A program made the position numbers and the translations under genes. The notes below the pieces were generated by a model. That model was not told the origin of the DNA, searched no databases, and saw nothing but the letters and a program-made list of their open reading frames with translations. A DNA stretch of 64,000 nucleotides, taken from Rhizodiscina lignyota. Taxonomy: Eukaryota. The number at the start of each line of letters is the position of its first letter. The first letter of the stretch is position 1. The stretch covers positions 310,001 through 374,000 of the forward strand of contig ML978124.1 of the NCBI GenBank assembly GCA_010015805.1, read 5' to 3'. Below are positions 36,433-49,899 of this stretch, one piece after another.

Positions 36433-36696
36433 TTAATTCGGTTCGCAGAAATATTTCCACTCTGAGCCCGGACAGGAAATAGGAGACTCATTGCAAGGGC
36501 TAGAGTACAAGATGGTCAGTCACTCTTTTTAAGGCGGTGGAGCTGTTACCCCGACTCACGTGCAATCGTATCCGGGGATAGGCGATTCGCTATAGACAAA
36601 TGCAATCCCGGAACGAGGCTGAAGAGGCGTGGCCTGAACGGTAACAGCGGCGCTGGCGAGAAGCATGAATAGAGCGTTGGCGAGTGGTGAATACAT
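36433..36696 (-). CDS. Small secreted cysteine-containing peptide, 67 aa; 2 exons
   Basis: Exons 36696-36560 and 36499-36433; intron GTGAGT..CTGAC..TAG. Product MYSPLANALFMLLASAAVTVQATPLQPRSGIAFVYSESPIPGYDCTPCNESPISCPGSEWKYFCEPN. An AT-rich TATA-like site lies about 90 nt upstream. Confidence 0.75.
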
Positions 36697-37626
36697 CGTT
36701 TGGGAGACTTTGATGACGGCGTAAAGAAGAGAGCAGATTGCGGATAGAGAATCGAACGTGTAAAAGGGCATTCAGTAAGTCCATATACTTAAATATTAGC
36801 TTATGGTGATCAATCCCCCTGTAGCTACTCCAGGAGAGGAATTCCGCGATGCCGCGATACCAATCAGAACAGAGTCATACACGGTCTCGTCTTAGACGCG
36901 TCCGCGTCTTACATGACGGGGAGTGAAAATGTTCTCAAATTCGACAAATACGGGCGATGGGCAGTCAGCCAGCAAAAGCCTTAAATGCCTAGAATGGAAT
37001 TTACCCATTCAGAAAAACATGATGATATTCAGGGACGTCGGACAAAGTTGTAAGAAAGCTTTTGGATCTTACATAGGCGCGGAGTACGTTGGCGGGTTCC
37101 ACCGCAGGGTTAGGGTTTGTGAGATCTGTGATCGACTCCTTAGACTTTGCCCTTCATCCTCCCCTTTGCTCACACTTAGGGCCATTTCATTCGTCTCCAA
37201 AGCTTTTGACTCTCTCCCAGCATTGTCACGCTGTCGCCTGTCTCGCAGCTGCAGGAGCGTAATTCATGGACACTCGAGTACACCAATCGGCTGGTTGTAG
37301 ATCCTTCGGAGTGGAAGGTTCTCTGGCGCAGAGTGTGTCTCGAACGCTGCGCCCCATCGTCAGTTTTACAGATTAGACATCAGTTGGACGCCGCCGCAAT
37401 ACGTACAATCCTCTCCATGTTCAGAATCCTTTGCGACAGCCACCGCACTGCGGCTCCCTTCTACTTCCGTACACCTTTTCATCGCTGTGTCTTTCACTAC
37501 TGAAGTACAGCCTTGAGCTGTGCCACATTAAAAGTGCTATGCAAACCTTATCTGTCCATTTCATGATCTGCTTCATATATCGTGGTTAGCTATCATTGTT
37601 TGTTTCTCTTTCGGCGTTGAACGATA

Positions 37627-40184
37627 ATGTCACGTCTACAACCACTACCTCTATGCCTCATACTGTGGACATATGCTGTTGGAACAGCCTCAGCCCAGTC
37701 GTTCTTCCCGCCCCCACCAGAGCACGTTACGACAGTCCAATCGAAACTTGAACCAGGAATAACAATAAGCTATAAAGAAGTATGTACAGATATGAAAGAT
37801 TCGTAACAGGAGTAGCCTGCGAACGGGCACGAAATTGCGTGGGGACGAAGCTTCGCTTTTTTGGGGAGAGAAATAGATGCATTCGTACTTTTGAGAACAG
37901 TCGCTGACATTCACATGTACAGCCCGGAATATGCGAGACTACACCAGGCGTGCGATCCTTTGCTGGATATGTTCATATGCCCGGAAGCGTCCTGGCGGAT
38001 ACCAGCATTGATGCAAATTATACTCTCAACACATTTTTCTGGTTCTTCGAATCGAGAAAGGATCCACAGAATGCACCATTGAGCATATGGATGAACGGAG
38101 GCCCTGGAAGCTCGTCAATGCTCGGCGCTCTACAAGAGAATGGACCTTGCAAAGTGAGGGCGGACTCCAACTCCACGGTGCTGAACGAGTGGTCTTTCAA
38201 TAATGCGGTCAACATGATCTATATAGGTAAGCGGCCTTGCTCTTTGAAGAACCCCTCCACATGAAATAGCATATCTCCGACATGCGTTGGTAATGGACTG
38301 GTTCTGTTCGACCCGCCTCATCTCTTCAGAGTCGACGTCTGCAGACGACGACGAGGACACCAAGGCACCATCCTAGAGCGTTGCAAGGGAAACACTGACG
38401 CTGCCGCAGGACCTGAGGCAGCGAATGGTCACTCCTCTACCTTCCGCCACTATTGCCATATTTCTATCATTGTCACAGCTGCTAATTATGCGATTACTTA
38501 ACAGATCAGCCTCTCCAGACAGGCTTCAGCTACGACATCCTAATGAACGGTACGATCGATCCCAACGGCGGCGTAAGCACGTTCGATTCGAGCAACAAGC
38601 CTTCAAGCTCCATAGACTGGTTAAATAGAGAAGGCACCTTCTCCTCGCAGAGCGCAAGTAACACTGCGAACAATACGGAGAACGCAGCTCGCACTCTCTG
38701 GCATTTTGCCCAAGTCTGGTTCCAGGAGTTTCCCGACTACAAACCGAACGACAACCGCGTGAGCATATGGACCGAGTCGTATGGTGGAAAGTATGGTCCA
38801 GCGTTCTCGTCCTTTTTTGAAGAGCAGAACGAACGTATCGCCAATGGCACGTTCAAGGTCAAAGGGGAGCTCTATCAAATTCATCTCGACACGCTGGGAA
38901 TCATCAATGGCTGCATCGACAGTCTGACGTCAGAGACGGGGTACCCAATTATGGCCTTCAATAATACATATGGCATACAAGCGATTAATCAGTCTACCTC
39001 CGAAGCAGCAATCTCAGCCTTCAACAAAGTTGGAGGGTGCAAAGACCAAATCAACAATTGCCGCCAGAAAGCCGCACAGCTGGATCCCAACTTCACAGGC
39101 GCAAACAATCAGGTCAACTCCGCGTGCCTCGATGCCTATACTACCTGCCAAGAAGACATAGAGAATCCATATCTTGACCTGTCCGACAGGTCATTCTACG
39201 ACATCACGGCCCCATCAGCAGATCCGTTCCCGCCAGAATACTACAACGGATTCCTCAACCAAGCATGGGTGCAGAAGGCCCTCGGAGTACCACTGAACTA
39301 CACGGAAAGCGTGGGCAGCGTTAACGAGGCCTTTTTCAACAGTGGTGATTACCCGCGAGGCGAGTTTCTACAGGATCTCGGTTTTGTGCTCGACAGCGGA
39401 ATCAAAGTTGCTATGGTGTATGGCGACCGCGACTATGCGTGCAATTGGATCGGCGGAGAAGCGTCAAGCTTCGCCGTACAGTATTCGAACGCGAAGCAAT
39501 TCGCAAGTGCAGGGTACACGGAAGTGAAAGTGAACAGCAGCTATGTGGGTGGAATGACGCGACAGTAAGAGAGTCCCACATCTGCGCGGGTGAGTGAGTG
39601 CTTACAGATACAAATCTAGGTACGGCAATTTCAGCTTCACGCGTGTTTTCGAATCCGGCCACGAAGTTCCCGCATACCAACCCGAAACGGCGTGGAACAT
39701 ATTCAACCGCGCGATGACAAACGTCGACATCGCCACAGGGACTGTCTCGACGGTTGGCAAATCCCCAATATACAGCACCAAGGGTAATTCATCAGCATTC
39801 AACATCAAGAACGACGTCCCGCCAATGCCGAAGCCGACATGCTACGTGCTTGCTATAGCATCTACATGCACAGAGGATCAGCAGTCTGCTGTCATGAACG
39901 GCGCACTGGTGCAGAACTTCATCTTAATGGAGGATGACACGAAGGGTCTGTTTAACGGCTTGGGTGCTGCTGATCCGGTAACTGGGGCGGCGCCGAATAC
40001 TAATGGACTCGGCGGGCAGTATGTGGGCAATGTCACCCTGTCAGCGGCCACGACAACGTCGAGTGGTAGTACTAGTAGCGGCAGTAGCGCACCGAAGAAG
40101 GGCGATGGCGGGAAGCTCGAAGTTGCAGGAGCATGGGCCGTGACGTTGTCCTTACTTGCTGGTATAGTTCTTTTACTGGAATGA
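37627..40184 (+). CDS. Secreted serine carboxypeptidase (peptidase S10), probably GPI-anchored; 4 exons
   Basis: Signal peptide, [26 protein letters not shown] (Ser), DYACN (Asp), GHEVP (His), Ser/Thr-rich tail and hydrophobic C-terminus. Confidence 0.93.
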
Positions 40185-40704
40185 TTATGAAATAGCATAA
40201 TGGACGAGACTTCGAAGCTCGGATGGATATCTTACGCAGGGAAAATGCGTTGCGATGGCGTCCGGAATGTATACAATACTGTGCATAGACTTAGCATTAT
40301 ACCACGAACATGCTTGGAATGTGTTGACAAAGACAGAATATATTTCAGAGGTCGAGAAGATTGTTGAAATTGCTGGTTTTGAACGCAGTGCGTCCCAGCC
40401 GCCGAAACGAAGGGCTATGCTCGTATGGCCCCAGCGTGCTCATCATACGAAGCACTCGGATACACGCAAATGGTTGCAAAGTGAAAACAATGGTGACTCA
40501 CCGAATCGATGTAGGTTTGGAGGGTTCAGATCCAATGACAGAACCAACAGAGATAGGGGTGCACGGCCAAGAGATGTGGTAAAATCATAGTCGCATTCTG
40601 AAGCGACATTCGTCTATAGTCTATATTTGCCCACGTCTATAAGCGCCGACGCTTGAAATCAGTATGCCACACAACTCGTCGTCTATCACACGCAACACAG
40701 CTTC

Positions 40705-41936
40705 TCAAACCTTCGTCCTCCAACCCCAAACACCCCACCAACATCTGACCTCACGCCCCTCGTCGTCGCCCTCTCCGCCCCAGTCATCGAGACCAGTCTC
40801 CTCGCCTTCTTCCAGTAGCGCCAAGCCAATCTGCCGCATACGCCTTCGCAGTTCGTCGACGTCGCCGGAGTATGCACTCCGGAGCGGCAGCTCGATGACA
40901 ACTCTGGAATCGGCGGACTTGGATAGCCATGTCTCGATGGTGGAGACGAGGAGCGCGGGATGAGTTGGGGAGTAGATGCAATCTGCAGCGAGGATGACTG
41001 GGAAGGAAGGAGGTGGAGTCGATGGAGTTGCAGGAGAGGAGTCGGGCGGCGTCGGAAGTGCGTTTGTTGGGTTGATAGGGTTGATAGGGAGGTGATTGAG
41101 AATGTTTGGAGCGGAGGCGGTCAGACTGCGCAGCGGTGAGGAAGGGAGCAAAACAGCTGGATTTAACCAGTCTAGCACAGCGGTCCTGGCAAGCCCGCCG
41201 TTTCGTTGTATGACAGTGCGGTTTGTTTCAACATTGCGTGCGAGATTGGATTCGATTTCAGGCAGGTCCGTGAGAACCACGCCTGCGCCGAGGACCGCTG
41301 CAGCAGCCATGCCGACTAGGCCTGTTCCTGAGCCAAGCTCTAAGACCTGGTAAAGGCCTTGTGAAGTCTTCGAAAGCTCTTTCTGCAATGAGGGCAATTC
41401 GAGTTCGTGTAAGCGCTTCGAGAGCAGATAGCTAGCGCACCAGGTCTTTAAGCCGAGATTATCTGCAGTCAGACTCGGCTCGTGCAACAAAATCTCAATG
41501 TCACCATCGCCTGATAACTCAAAGTCCTCTTCCCGTTTAGCAATTCTAAACGTCCGCTCCATCGCTGGCATGGCCGATCTTCCTGAACGCTCGGCCAACC
41601 TGACGCTCGCAGTCTCCCATATTGTTTCTTTCTCCGCATCGTCCGACAGCCACGCTAATGGACTCGAAATTATTCGGGTAAGGTAGGATGTGATGCCTTC
41701 CGGGTTAACGGCAGGTGCTTCATTGCGGTGTCGACTTGTCGGACTCCAAGATCGCGGTTCGATAGTCAGAAGGGAAAGCGCAGACAGGAGCTCGGTAGCA
41801 GAAGGCTTTGTATATAGTTGAGGAAGGTCGAACACTGTTTCTTCTTAGCATTCGTTGTTCAATGTGGGCTTGTGGTGGGAAGTCTTGTACCGTGAAGTGG
41901 GTCCGAAATTTGGTGCTGGTCGACCACGTCAACCAT
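40705..41936 (-). CDS. SAM-dependent protein methyltransferase, family 16 (Rrg1-like); 2 exons
   Basis: The short first exon MVDVVDQHQISDPLH splices (intron 41890-41835) to VFDLPQLY. Motifs EPSLTADNLGLKTW, VLELGSGTGLVG, LTDL, LDW and AADCIY. Confidence 0.88.
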
Positions 41937-42372
41937 AAGTGCGTGTGGCATTGTTCTTTGGTGGCAGCAAGGCCTTCCAAAGCCTCAGAGCCCTTCCGAG
42001 CCCGTATAAGGCCGTAGATTGCGAAGCGGTGTTTTTGATGGTGAGATTCTACAGTCGGTCAAAGAAAAGTTCGAGACCAAGTCGCCGATATTCACCCGAG
42101 CCGAAAGAGGTCCGCGCCGTGATGTCAGTGAAATGAGAAGGCTTGAATGTCCGAAGAGCTGTCAGGCAATGTCTCCTAACAATCGCTGGCGCTACAAAAA
42201 AAAATTGATCCAGAGCGGTAGAAGTATACCGGCGACTAGAAAATTTAAATATCGTCGCGGAATGATGCCGATGTGGGCCGGAGATTGGTTGAAGACCCTG
42301 CTGATCTTTGAAAGACCTTTAAGCCTTGAAATCCGTTTGGATTGTGACCGCGAAAGGAAGTTCTCGGATCAC

Positions 42373-43202
42373 TCAGAGCGTTGCCTTGAATCCGTAGTAT
42401 GCCTGTTGCATGTCGAACTGGAACTCCCTGGCCTGTTCTTCGCTCAGCTTTTCGGCCGCGCGCATCTGATTCAGTGTTATGAGCCATTGCACAATCTTGC
42501 CCTTGCTCTCGAATTCTTGATCGGTGACCTTATTGACGGCCTGGATTATCTCGACAAGTAGGGGGTGTAACATGTCCTTCTCGACCATGCCAATCTTAAT
42601 CGCATCGAGCAGTGTGATGAAATTCTCTGTTGCAGCAACAACAAGGGTAGCGGCGGCTGCAGAGTCACCTGCAGCTTGTGGTTTGTGTGAAGGAGCTTCC
42701 ATTGTCGCAGGAATACCAACTCGAATGCGCTCAGTGGCTCGAGGACATTCCATCTGCGCATGATGTTAGTTGAAATGGTTCATATGAGAACGATACTCTA
42801 CATTCAAAATAGGCAAACTTACATCCCATTCTCGTTTGAATGTCTCCAAGTCTACAAAGGCCTTCGATACTGTCTCATCTTGGAGATTGGATTTGTACTG
42901 CTTTAGCAGCCTACCGCAAGTCTCCGCATACTCGCTCTCCGTGATCGAGTCCTTCAGGTATGCCTTCTCCAATGCATCAAGAGTGATTATAATACTGTAG
43001 ACTTCGGCAAGAGACTCGTAGAGGTCGCGTTCGGCGTTATTAGCGGCGAGTTTAACTTCCTTGCGCTGAGGTATCAGAAATGTCCGATGCTGCTACTGAA
43101 GAATGGAGGCGTGCAAACCTCGTCTAAGCTGATACTCGCAGACTGGGTTGGTATATAACTGTAAGGCGTTGGCGCGTACGCCAATTGCCTCTGGCCATAC
43201 AT
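42373..43202 (-). CDS. VPS28: ESCRT-I subunit Vps28; 3 exons
   Basis: LYESLAEVYSII, LEKAYLKDSI, ECPRATERIRVG, TENFITLLDAIK, DMLHPLL and WLITLNQM. Confidence 0.95.
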
Positions 43203-43408
43203 TTGGTCGTTGCTAATGGTGCGTATGTGATGAAGCTTCGTTGTCGTGTGCCTCCAAACTTGTCCATGCCCTTGCTTGGTCCCGTACAGATACCGTAGAT
43301 CTTCCGATCCAGCTCCCACTGATCCGAAGTTTTCCCGCATATCTATCGTGCCCCAAAAAAATTCTGGGCAAGAAGAGAATTCACGAGTCAATTCTCCCAC
43401 AGCACACC

Positions 43409-45860
43409 ATGGCGCAAACGAAAGCGACGAAGAAATTCGAGAAGAATCACCTCAAAGATACCATCAAGCGCCGCAAGGAAGCTGCCAAAATCAAGCAGAA
43501 AAAGCAGGTGAAGGAGAAAAGAAAAGCAAGACGAGCGAAGGAAGATGGACAAGCTGCAGAGGATGATGAGGAGGTGGAAGGAGGCAAGGCTCCCTCTGGC
43601 AAGGCCAATGGAAATACGTTTGCAGATATGAGCGTGGATGAATTTTTTCAGGGCGGATTTGACATCCCAGAGCTGCCTGGGAAAAAGAAGAAGGGCAAAG
43701 TCACTGGGAAGAGGAAACGCGCAGAGGTGGATGAGCAGGAAGATGATGCGGGTTCGTCCTCGGATGAGGCACAGGAGAACGGAGCCATTGAGGAAGATGA
43801 TGATGATGAGTCCGAGGATGACATGGAGGATCACAAACAGCAATTGGAGGCTCTGGCGAAGAACGACCCCGAGTTCTACAAACACCTCCAAGAGAACGAT
43901 CCAGAGCTGTTGGAATTCACCGATGACAATGAATTGGCAGGCTTACAATTAAGTGAGAGCGAAGAGGATGAACCAAAGGCGAAGAAACAGAAGACTGGAA
44001 AGAAGGGCCGAGCAGACGACGAGGATTCGTTCGGTGAAGAATCATCCAACGAGGTCACCAAAGAGATGGTAGAGAAGTGGCATACTGGAATGAAGGAACA
44101 CAATTCGTTGCGAGGGATGAGAGAGATCATCATGGCATTCCGAGCCGCGGTCCGTTCAAATGAGGATGACGGAAAAGAGTACAAGTATTCAGTGTCGAAT
44201 CCTGATGGTATGACAGACGCACTCTTCTTTTTGGTGTCTGGCTAATTTATGCATAGTCTACCATGAGCTCCTCGTAACAGCAATGGCGGACATTCCTACT
44301 GTTGTCGCACACCACCTCCCTACCAAAGAGACAGCGTCAGGCAAAGTCCGCGTCCCGACCAGTTCCAAGAAATATTCGACCCTCACACCCATTCTCAAAA
44401 CGCATGCCAACTCCTTGCAATATCTCCTCTCGACCCTATCTGATGCTGCCACGCTCAAACTCACCCTCTCATCGATCCTCCCGCTCTTGCCATACCTTCT
44501 ATCTTTGAAGAAGCTCATCCGTGAACTGTGTCGCACAATCGCAACCATCTGGTCCTCACCCGCCCACAACGACGCTACTCGCATCGCGGCCTTCCTCGTG
44601 CTGCGTCGTCTGACCGTCTTATCCGACCCTGGAATCCGGGAAAACATTCTCAAAATCTCATACCAATCGCTCATCCAAGGCAGTCGCGCGACCACTACTC
44701 ACACCCTCGCCGGAGTGAACCTAATGAAGAATTCCGCCGTCGAGCTATGGGGCCTCGTGGACTCAAGCCAAGCTTACACCATGGCGTTCAACTTCATCCG
44801 CCAGCTCGCAATCCACCTGCGCACGAGCATCATCAGCAAGGAGAAGGAGAGCTACAAGACCATCTACAACTGGCAGTTTATGCATTCGCTGGACTTTTGG
44901 TCGCGCGCGCTGTCGACACATTGCAATACGCTGCTCGAGGCTGAGACAGGGAAGCAGTCATCGCTCCGACCGCTCATTTATCCTCTTGTGCAAATTACAC
45001 TGGGCGCGATGAGGCTCGTGCCGAGTCCGGCGTACTTTCCACTCAGATTTCAGCTTATCCGCAGTTTGATACGTGTGGCGAAGTCGACAGACACGTATAT
45101 CCCGCTTGCACCGGCCCTTTTGGAGGTCCTCTCAAGTCCTGAGTGCAAGAAGGCGCCAAAGCCAGCGAGCTTGAGGCCTGTGGAGTGGGACACTAGCATC
45201 AGGATTTCGAAGACATATTTGAGGACTCGCGTGTGGCAAGATGGCCTCGGAGAGCAGGCGGTGGAGCTGCTGGGCGAGTGGGCAGGCATGTGGGCGAAGA
45301 GTGTGGCCTTTCCGGAGCTTATGCTGCCCGTTACAGTCATGCTGAAGAGATGGCTTAAAGACGTGTCGGGCAATAAGTACAAGCAGCATGCAGGCTTCAA
45401 AGGGAAAGGAAAGGCAAAGGATACTGGCGGGAATAAGAACAGCAAGATGAACTCGGCAGTTGCGCTGTTAGTGCAAAAGTTTGAGTCGAATGCGCGATGG
45501 ATTGAGGAACGTAGAGCGAAGATCGATTTTGCGCCGAACGATAGAGCAGGCGTCGAGGGCTTCTTGAAAGAGGAGCTGTGGGAAAAGTCGCCTCTTGGTG
45601 CATATCTCGCCGGGCAGAGGAAGGTCAGAGAGGACAGGGCTAAAGTGGTGGAACAAGGGAGACAGGCGGATGAGCGTAAGAGGAAGGAGGAACGGGGTGG
45701 AGAGGCCGTGTCTCGCCGTGCAGCTCCAACCGATGCCTTTGAGGCCGAAGACCAGGAGGAGGATGATGATGAAGGCCCTGACGAGAATGAGGACGACGAT
45801 GCCATGAACGTTTCGGATGAAGATGAAGTAATCGAGGTGTCTGAAGCCGAAGATGATTAA
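43409..45860 (+). CDS. NOC2: Nucleolar complex protein 2; 2 exons
   Basis: KATKKFEKNHLKD, DPEFYKHLQEND, FIRQLAIHLR, YNWQFMHSLDFW and YFPLRFQ. Intron about 44208-44256. Confidence 0.95.
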
Positions 45861-46385
45861 ACATCGGAGGCTCTTTGGCCCGTTATCAGAAATGCACATA
45901 TTGCGCGCCGGATTCATGAATGCGTGTACAATGCACCCCTGCTCCACGGACACATTTCGCAGGAAAATGCCTCTTGCAGCTTGCTATGTGCCGGTTGGAG
46001 CAATTGAGCAAGCTGGAGAGGCGGATTTGCCAGAAAGGTCGAAATAGGATGCTGATATCAGCGCTAGGAAGACGCTATCTAAGGACCGGCCGCTTTTGTG
46101 GAGTTTCGCGATGTATCCCAGGCCGTGATTTCCTCACAACCTTGCGCTTCGTTTGGACTTCTTTTGTCTATTCAGACTTGGCGATCAGCTCAAGCACAAT
46201 TATTTGGAATCAAAAGCATTTTCAACGAATTAGAGGAGGCTCCAAGTTGACAATTGGCTTTGGTCTATTTTCGTGTCTCATTTTTTAATCCATATTGTCG
46301 TTCTCCCATAGGTACAGTTCCACTGGTGAACTCCACAGCACAGGTCCAATTATTGCCCCACGCTCACTGTATGGAATACATGCAC

Positions 46386-48087
46386 CTACTTCGTCTTATA
46401 CACGTGAATAACGTGTGGGTTCAGGTACGCGAGCAGACCGGTCTTTCCCCACTCGCCTCCAAGACCTGACTGCTTCACACCGCCGAAGAGAGCTTGTGGC
46501 GTCGGCTTCTCGTAAGAGTTGACCCAAACGCTTCCTGCTTCGAGGCGGAATGCGACCTTCTCTGCAGCCTCGACGTCCTTGCCCCATACGGTGGCACCAA
46601 GACCGGTCAAGGTGTTGTTGGCACGAGCAATGGCATCCTCGAGATCGGAGTAGGGCATGCTAAAATATGGCGTTAGCGAAGTGGTGAGATTTGACCAAGC
46701 AGAAGTTCGCTTACGCTGGCACGATGGGGCCAAATGGCTCCTCCTGCACAATCTTGGAGTCTTCAGGCGGGTTGTCAATGATCGTCGGCTGGACGAAGAA
46801 GCCCTTGCCGGCAGCGACGTCAGGCTGGCCAACGGCAAACTTGTAGCCGTTTACTTTAGTGTCGTTGAAGTAGCCCTTCACCTTCTCGTATTGCATTGAG
46901 TTCTGGATAGGGCCAAGGAGGACGCCTTCCTCATCGTAGCCGCCGACCTTGATCGACTTGGTAAACCGCACCATAGCGTCAAGGAAGGGCTGGTAGATGC
47001 TCTCGTGGATGTAGATGCGCTTTGTAGCGACGCACACCTGGCCGCTGTTCTGGAAGGCGCCCATCGCGACCTCGGGCGCGACCTTCTCGACATCGACGTC
47101 CGGAAGGATGATGGTGGCATCGTTGCCGCCGAGTTCGAGGGTAACACGCTTAAGGGTCTTCGCGCAGGCTTCCATGACCTTCTTACCCGTTGGGATGGAA
47201 CCGGTGAAGGAGATCTTGTCAATGCCAGGATGAGTGGTCATCGATGCGCCAAGCTTGTCATTTCCACCAATAACTTGGACGACACCTGGTGGGAAGACTT
47301 CCTGGGCCAGCTCGATGAGCTTGAGCGACGTGTATGGGGTGAATGGAGACGGCTTGACGATGATAGTGTTACCAGTCAGGACGGCCGGAACGATCTTGCC
47401 GAGCGAGAGGAGGAGAGGGTAGTTCCAGGGGCAGATGGCGCCGCAAACTCCGAGAGGCATGTAACGGGTCTTGATAACTTTGTCATCGTCCTCGAACGTC
47501 TCCTCTGGAATTTCCAACTTGACTGGCCAATGTCCGTGTTAAACCCGCGCTGAATACTCTTCAAAGCGAACAACGTGGGGATGGGGAGATGCGGGTTTTA
47601 CGTACGATGCCATCCAAGCCACAAAGACATGGCTTTGACTTCACCATTTGCAAATAGTTGCTATAGTGGGTAAGCTCCGAGTTACATCCGGACTTGGGAG
47701 GTTACGTACTGGCTTGCCATTCTCCTTGCCCAAGAGAGTAGTGAACTCCTCTTCGTACTGCATGATCGTCTCGCCGTACTTCTTCAGCAATTCACGACGC
47801 TTGTCAATTGGCGTTTGCGACCAGCTGGGGAAAACTTTGCGGGCTGAGGCAATAGCATCTTCAAGGTCTTGCTCTGTAGCAATGGGAACTGTACGAAACA
47901 ATTAGCTCCTGCGGCATGAAGTGCAACCGATTGTCAGTGAGTTTTGGACAGTTTTCATACCATCCCAGAGCTTCTCAGCGGTCGAGGGATTCACGCCATT
48001 GTGAACGCTCTTTGCGAGCCTGTTTTGGCCATCGACTATATTGTAAAACTTGTCCCATTCGATAGTGGAGACCTTAGAAGGAGACAT
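46386..48087 (-). CDS. NAD(P)-dependent aldehyde dehydrogenase, multi-intron
   Basis: PWNYP, FTGSIPTG, LELGGND (Glu), GQVCVA (Cys), EEPFGP and FGGVKQSG. Confidence 0.95.
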
Positions 48088-49752
48088 AGTGAAAGATTAG
48101 AGAAAATGGAGTTGTTTAAGGGCTGGAAAGAATGGTCGATTTGAGACAAGTCTTTGGGGATACAAAGCGCGTCACAGCTTGAAACACAAAGAGATCTGGG
48201 CAGAGCTTATATATAATCCAGAACACCTCGGCCAGCGATGTGGTGTACAATTCGGCCCTAAGCTCCAGGCATGCGCATGCGCAATCTACCTTCGATGTTG
48301 CCGATGCGGGGCCAAGGGGTGGGGATATGCCTTGGTACAACCCGCACAATCCGCCTGCATATTGTGGCGGCGATCCCCATACCTTAGGAATAAACCCGTG
48401 CTCTTAGTGCTTTCCCGGCCTAGGGCGGTGTTAAGTAAACAGTCCTGACGCTCTCCGTGGATTGCCGGGCTTCGTTACCAAAATACCGTAAGTATCCTGG
48501 AGTTAAGGCGAAAATCCTTCTTTGTCCACCACGTTCAAGCCGTTCCAAACGCGCGGGAAGCGTTTCAGCCTCGATATCGGCTAAAGCCTGTCACTGGTAT
48601 CAGTAAGGCTACTATCTTGCTTACAATTGCTACGTACGTTAGCTTGCCGTACAGTTCGCATCGACATTCTTCGCCTCTTCTTGATGGTCCACTGTAAGAC
48701 AATGTCTCCGCTATGGCTCTGCTCGGGCATACGCTTGGCCAGCGGCTGAGGGAAAAGCAATCGTAAAGATCGCTAAGTGAAACATTTTGCCTGATCACTT
48801 CAAGAAAGACGAGATCCGTCTACTGACTGAAAGAGAAATAGGTGTCGCTTGTAGAACAATGAGAGAATGAATGAGGTTGAAGTGCGTTGAATGCTGACAG
48901 CAAGCATGTTGCAAGGATAATTGAAGCGAAACTGGCAGTAGTTATAATGTCAGCACGCCGGTGAGCAAAATACAACTAATACGGAATAGTTAATACATGT
49001 AGTTCATCATGTGAATGTCAAGCAATCCCCCCTGAGTAGCTTCCGGACTGCGCTACAAATGGAATGGACGGCTCTTTGAATCAAGTCAAAAATCACGGTA
49101 AAGATACGACTTACAGTATGTACTGGCCAGAGATAGCCTGAGGTTCAACTTTTATCGGAATAGCAGACGGTCAGGTTTGGCATTTTAACTACGGCCGCGA
49201 GAATTGTGGCTTCTCGTATGTAAAGGGTGCTTACCCAGTGTCGGAGCGTTCAAGCTTCAGTCTGGACGTACCACCATCTCCCTCGCTTTCAGGATCTCGG
49301 GGCCCTAATTCATGTTACACGCAAATGCCACGTGAAAGGTTTCAGAAATGCGGTCTGAGAAGAGTAAGACATGACGCCACGTACGACCGAGCAGAGAGTA
49401 CAACCACGATGTTGGAACCTCTGGGCCGAATTTGGATTACACGATGCAAAAATTTGTCATGTATAGCAGCTTCCTATAGCAGATCATGCCTGCTTAAAGA
49501 ATATTCTCTGCGTGAATTCGCATCGAGCGATTTCGCGAACAACAGCATTCAAAACACAAACGGTCAGCAGTCACCACGATTCTTATACGAAGTCAAGAGT
49601 TATGAGGGCATTCCAGATTTCTATTGCTATTTGCTAGGACTCTCTGCAAATGCACTCCGACGTTTCATTTGTTGATCAGGTCGTGATTCTTCAGCAAATT
49701 TGAACCCATGCTTATTCCCAGAGAAACCTGTAGTAAAGTCGTCCACATCGCG

Positions 49753-49830
49753 ATTTTGCCATTTTGCCAGATGCCATTTGCCAGACGCCATTGTTACATT
49801 TGCCAGACGCCATTGTTACTTTTGCCAGAC
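49753..49830. repeat. Short nested tandem repeat (tttgccaga/gccatt; 22-bp unit x2 plus partial copies)
   Basis: atttgccagacgccattgttac occurs twice, flanked by attttgcc, attttgccagatgcc and ttttgccagac. Confidence 0.8.
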
Positions 49831-49899
49831 TGTAGCAGCGCCCATCAGATCAGACTCATAGAGCAGAAGTTGTTGGTCTCTGATACGCCAAGCATATCT

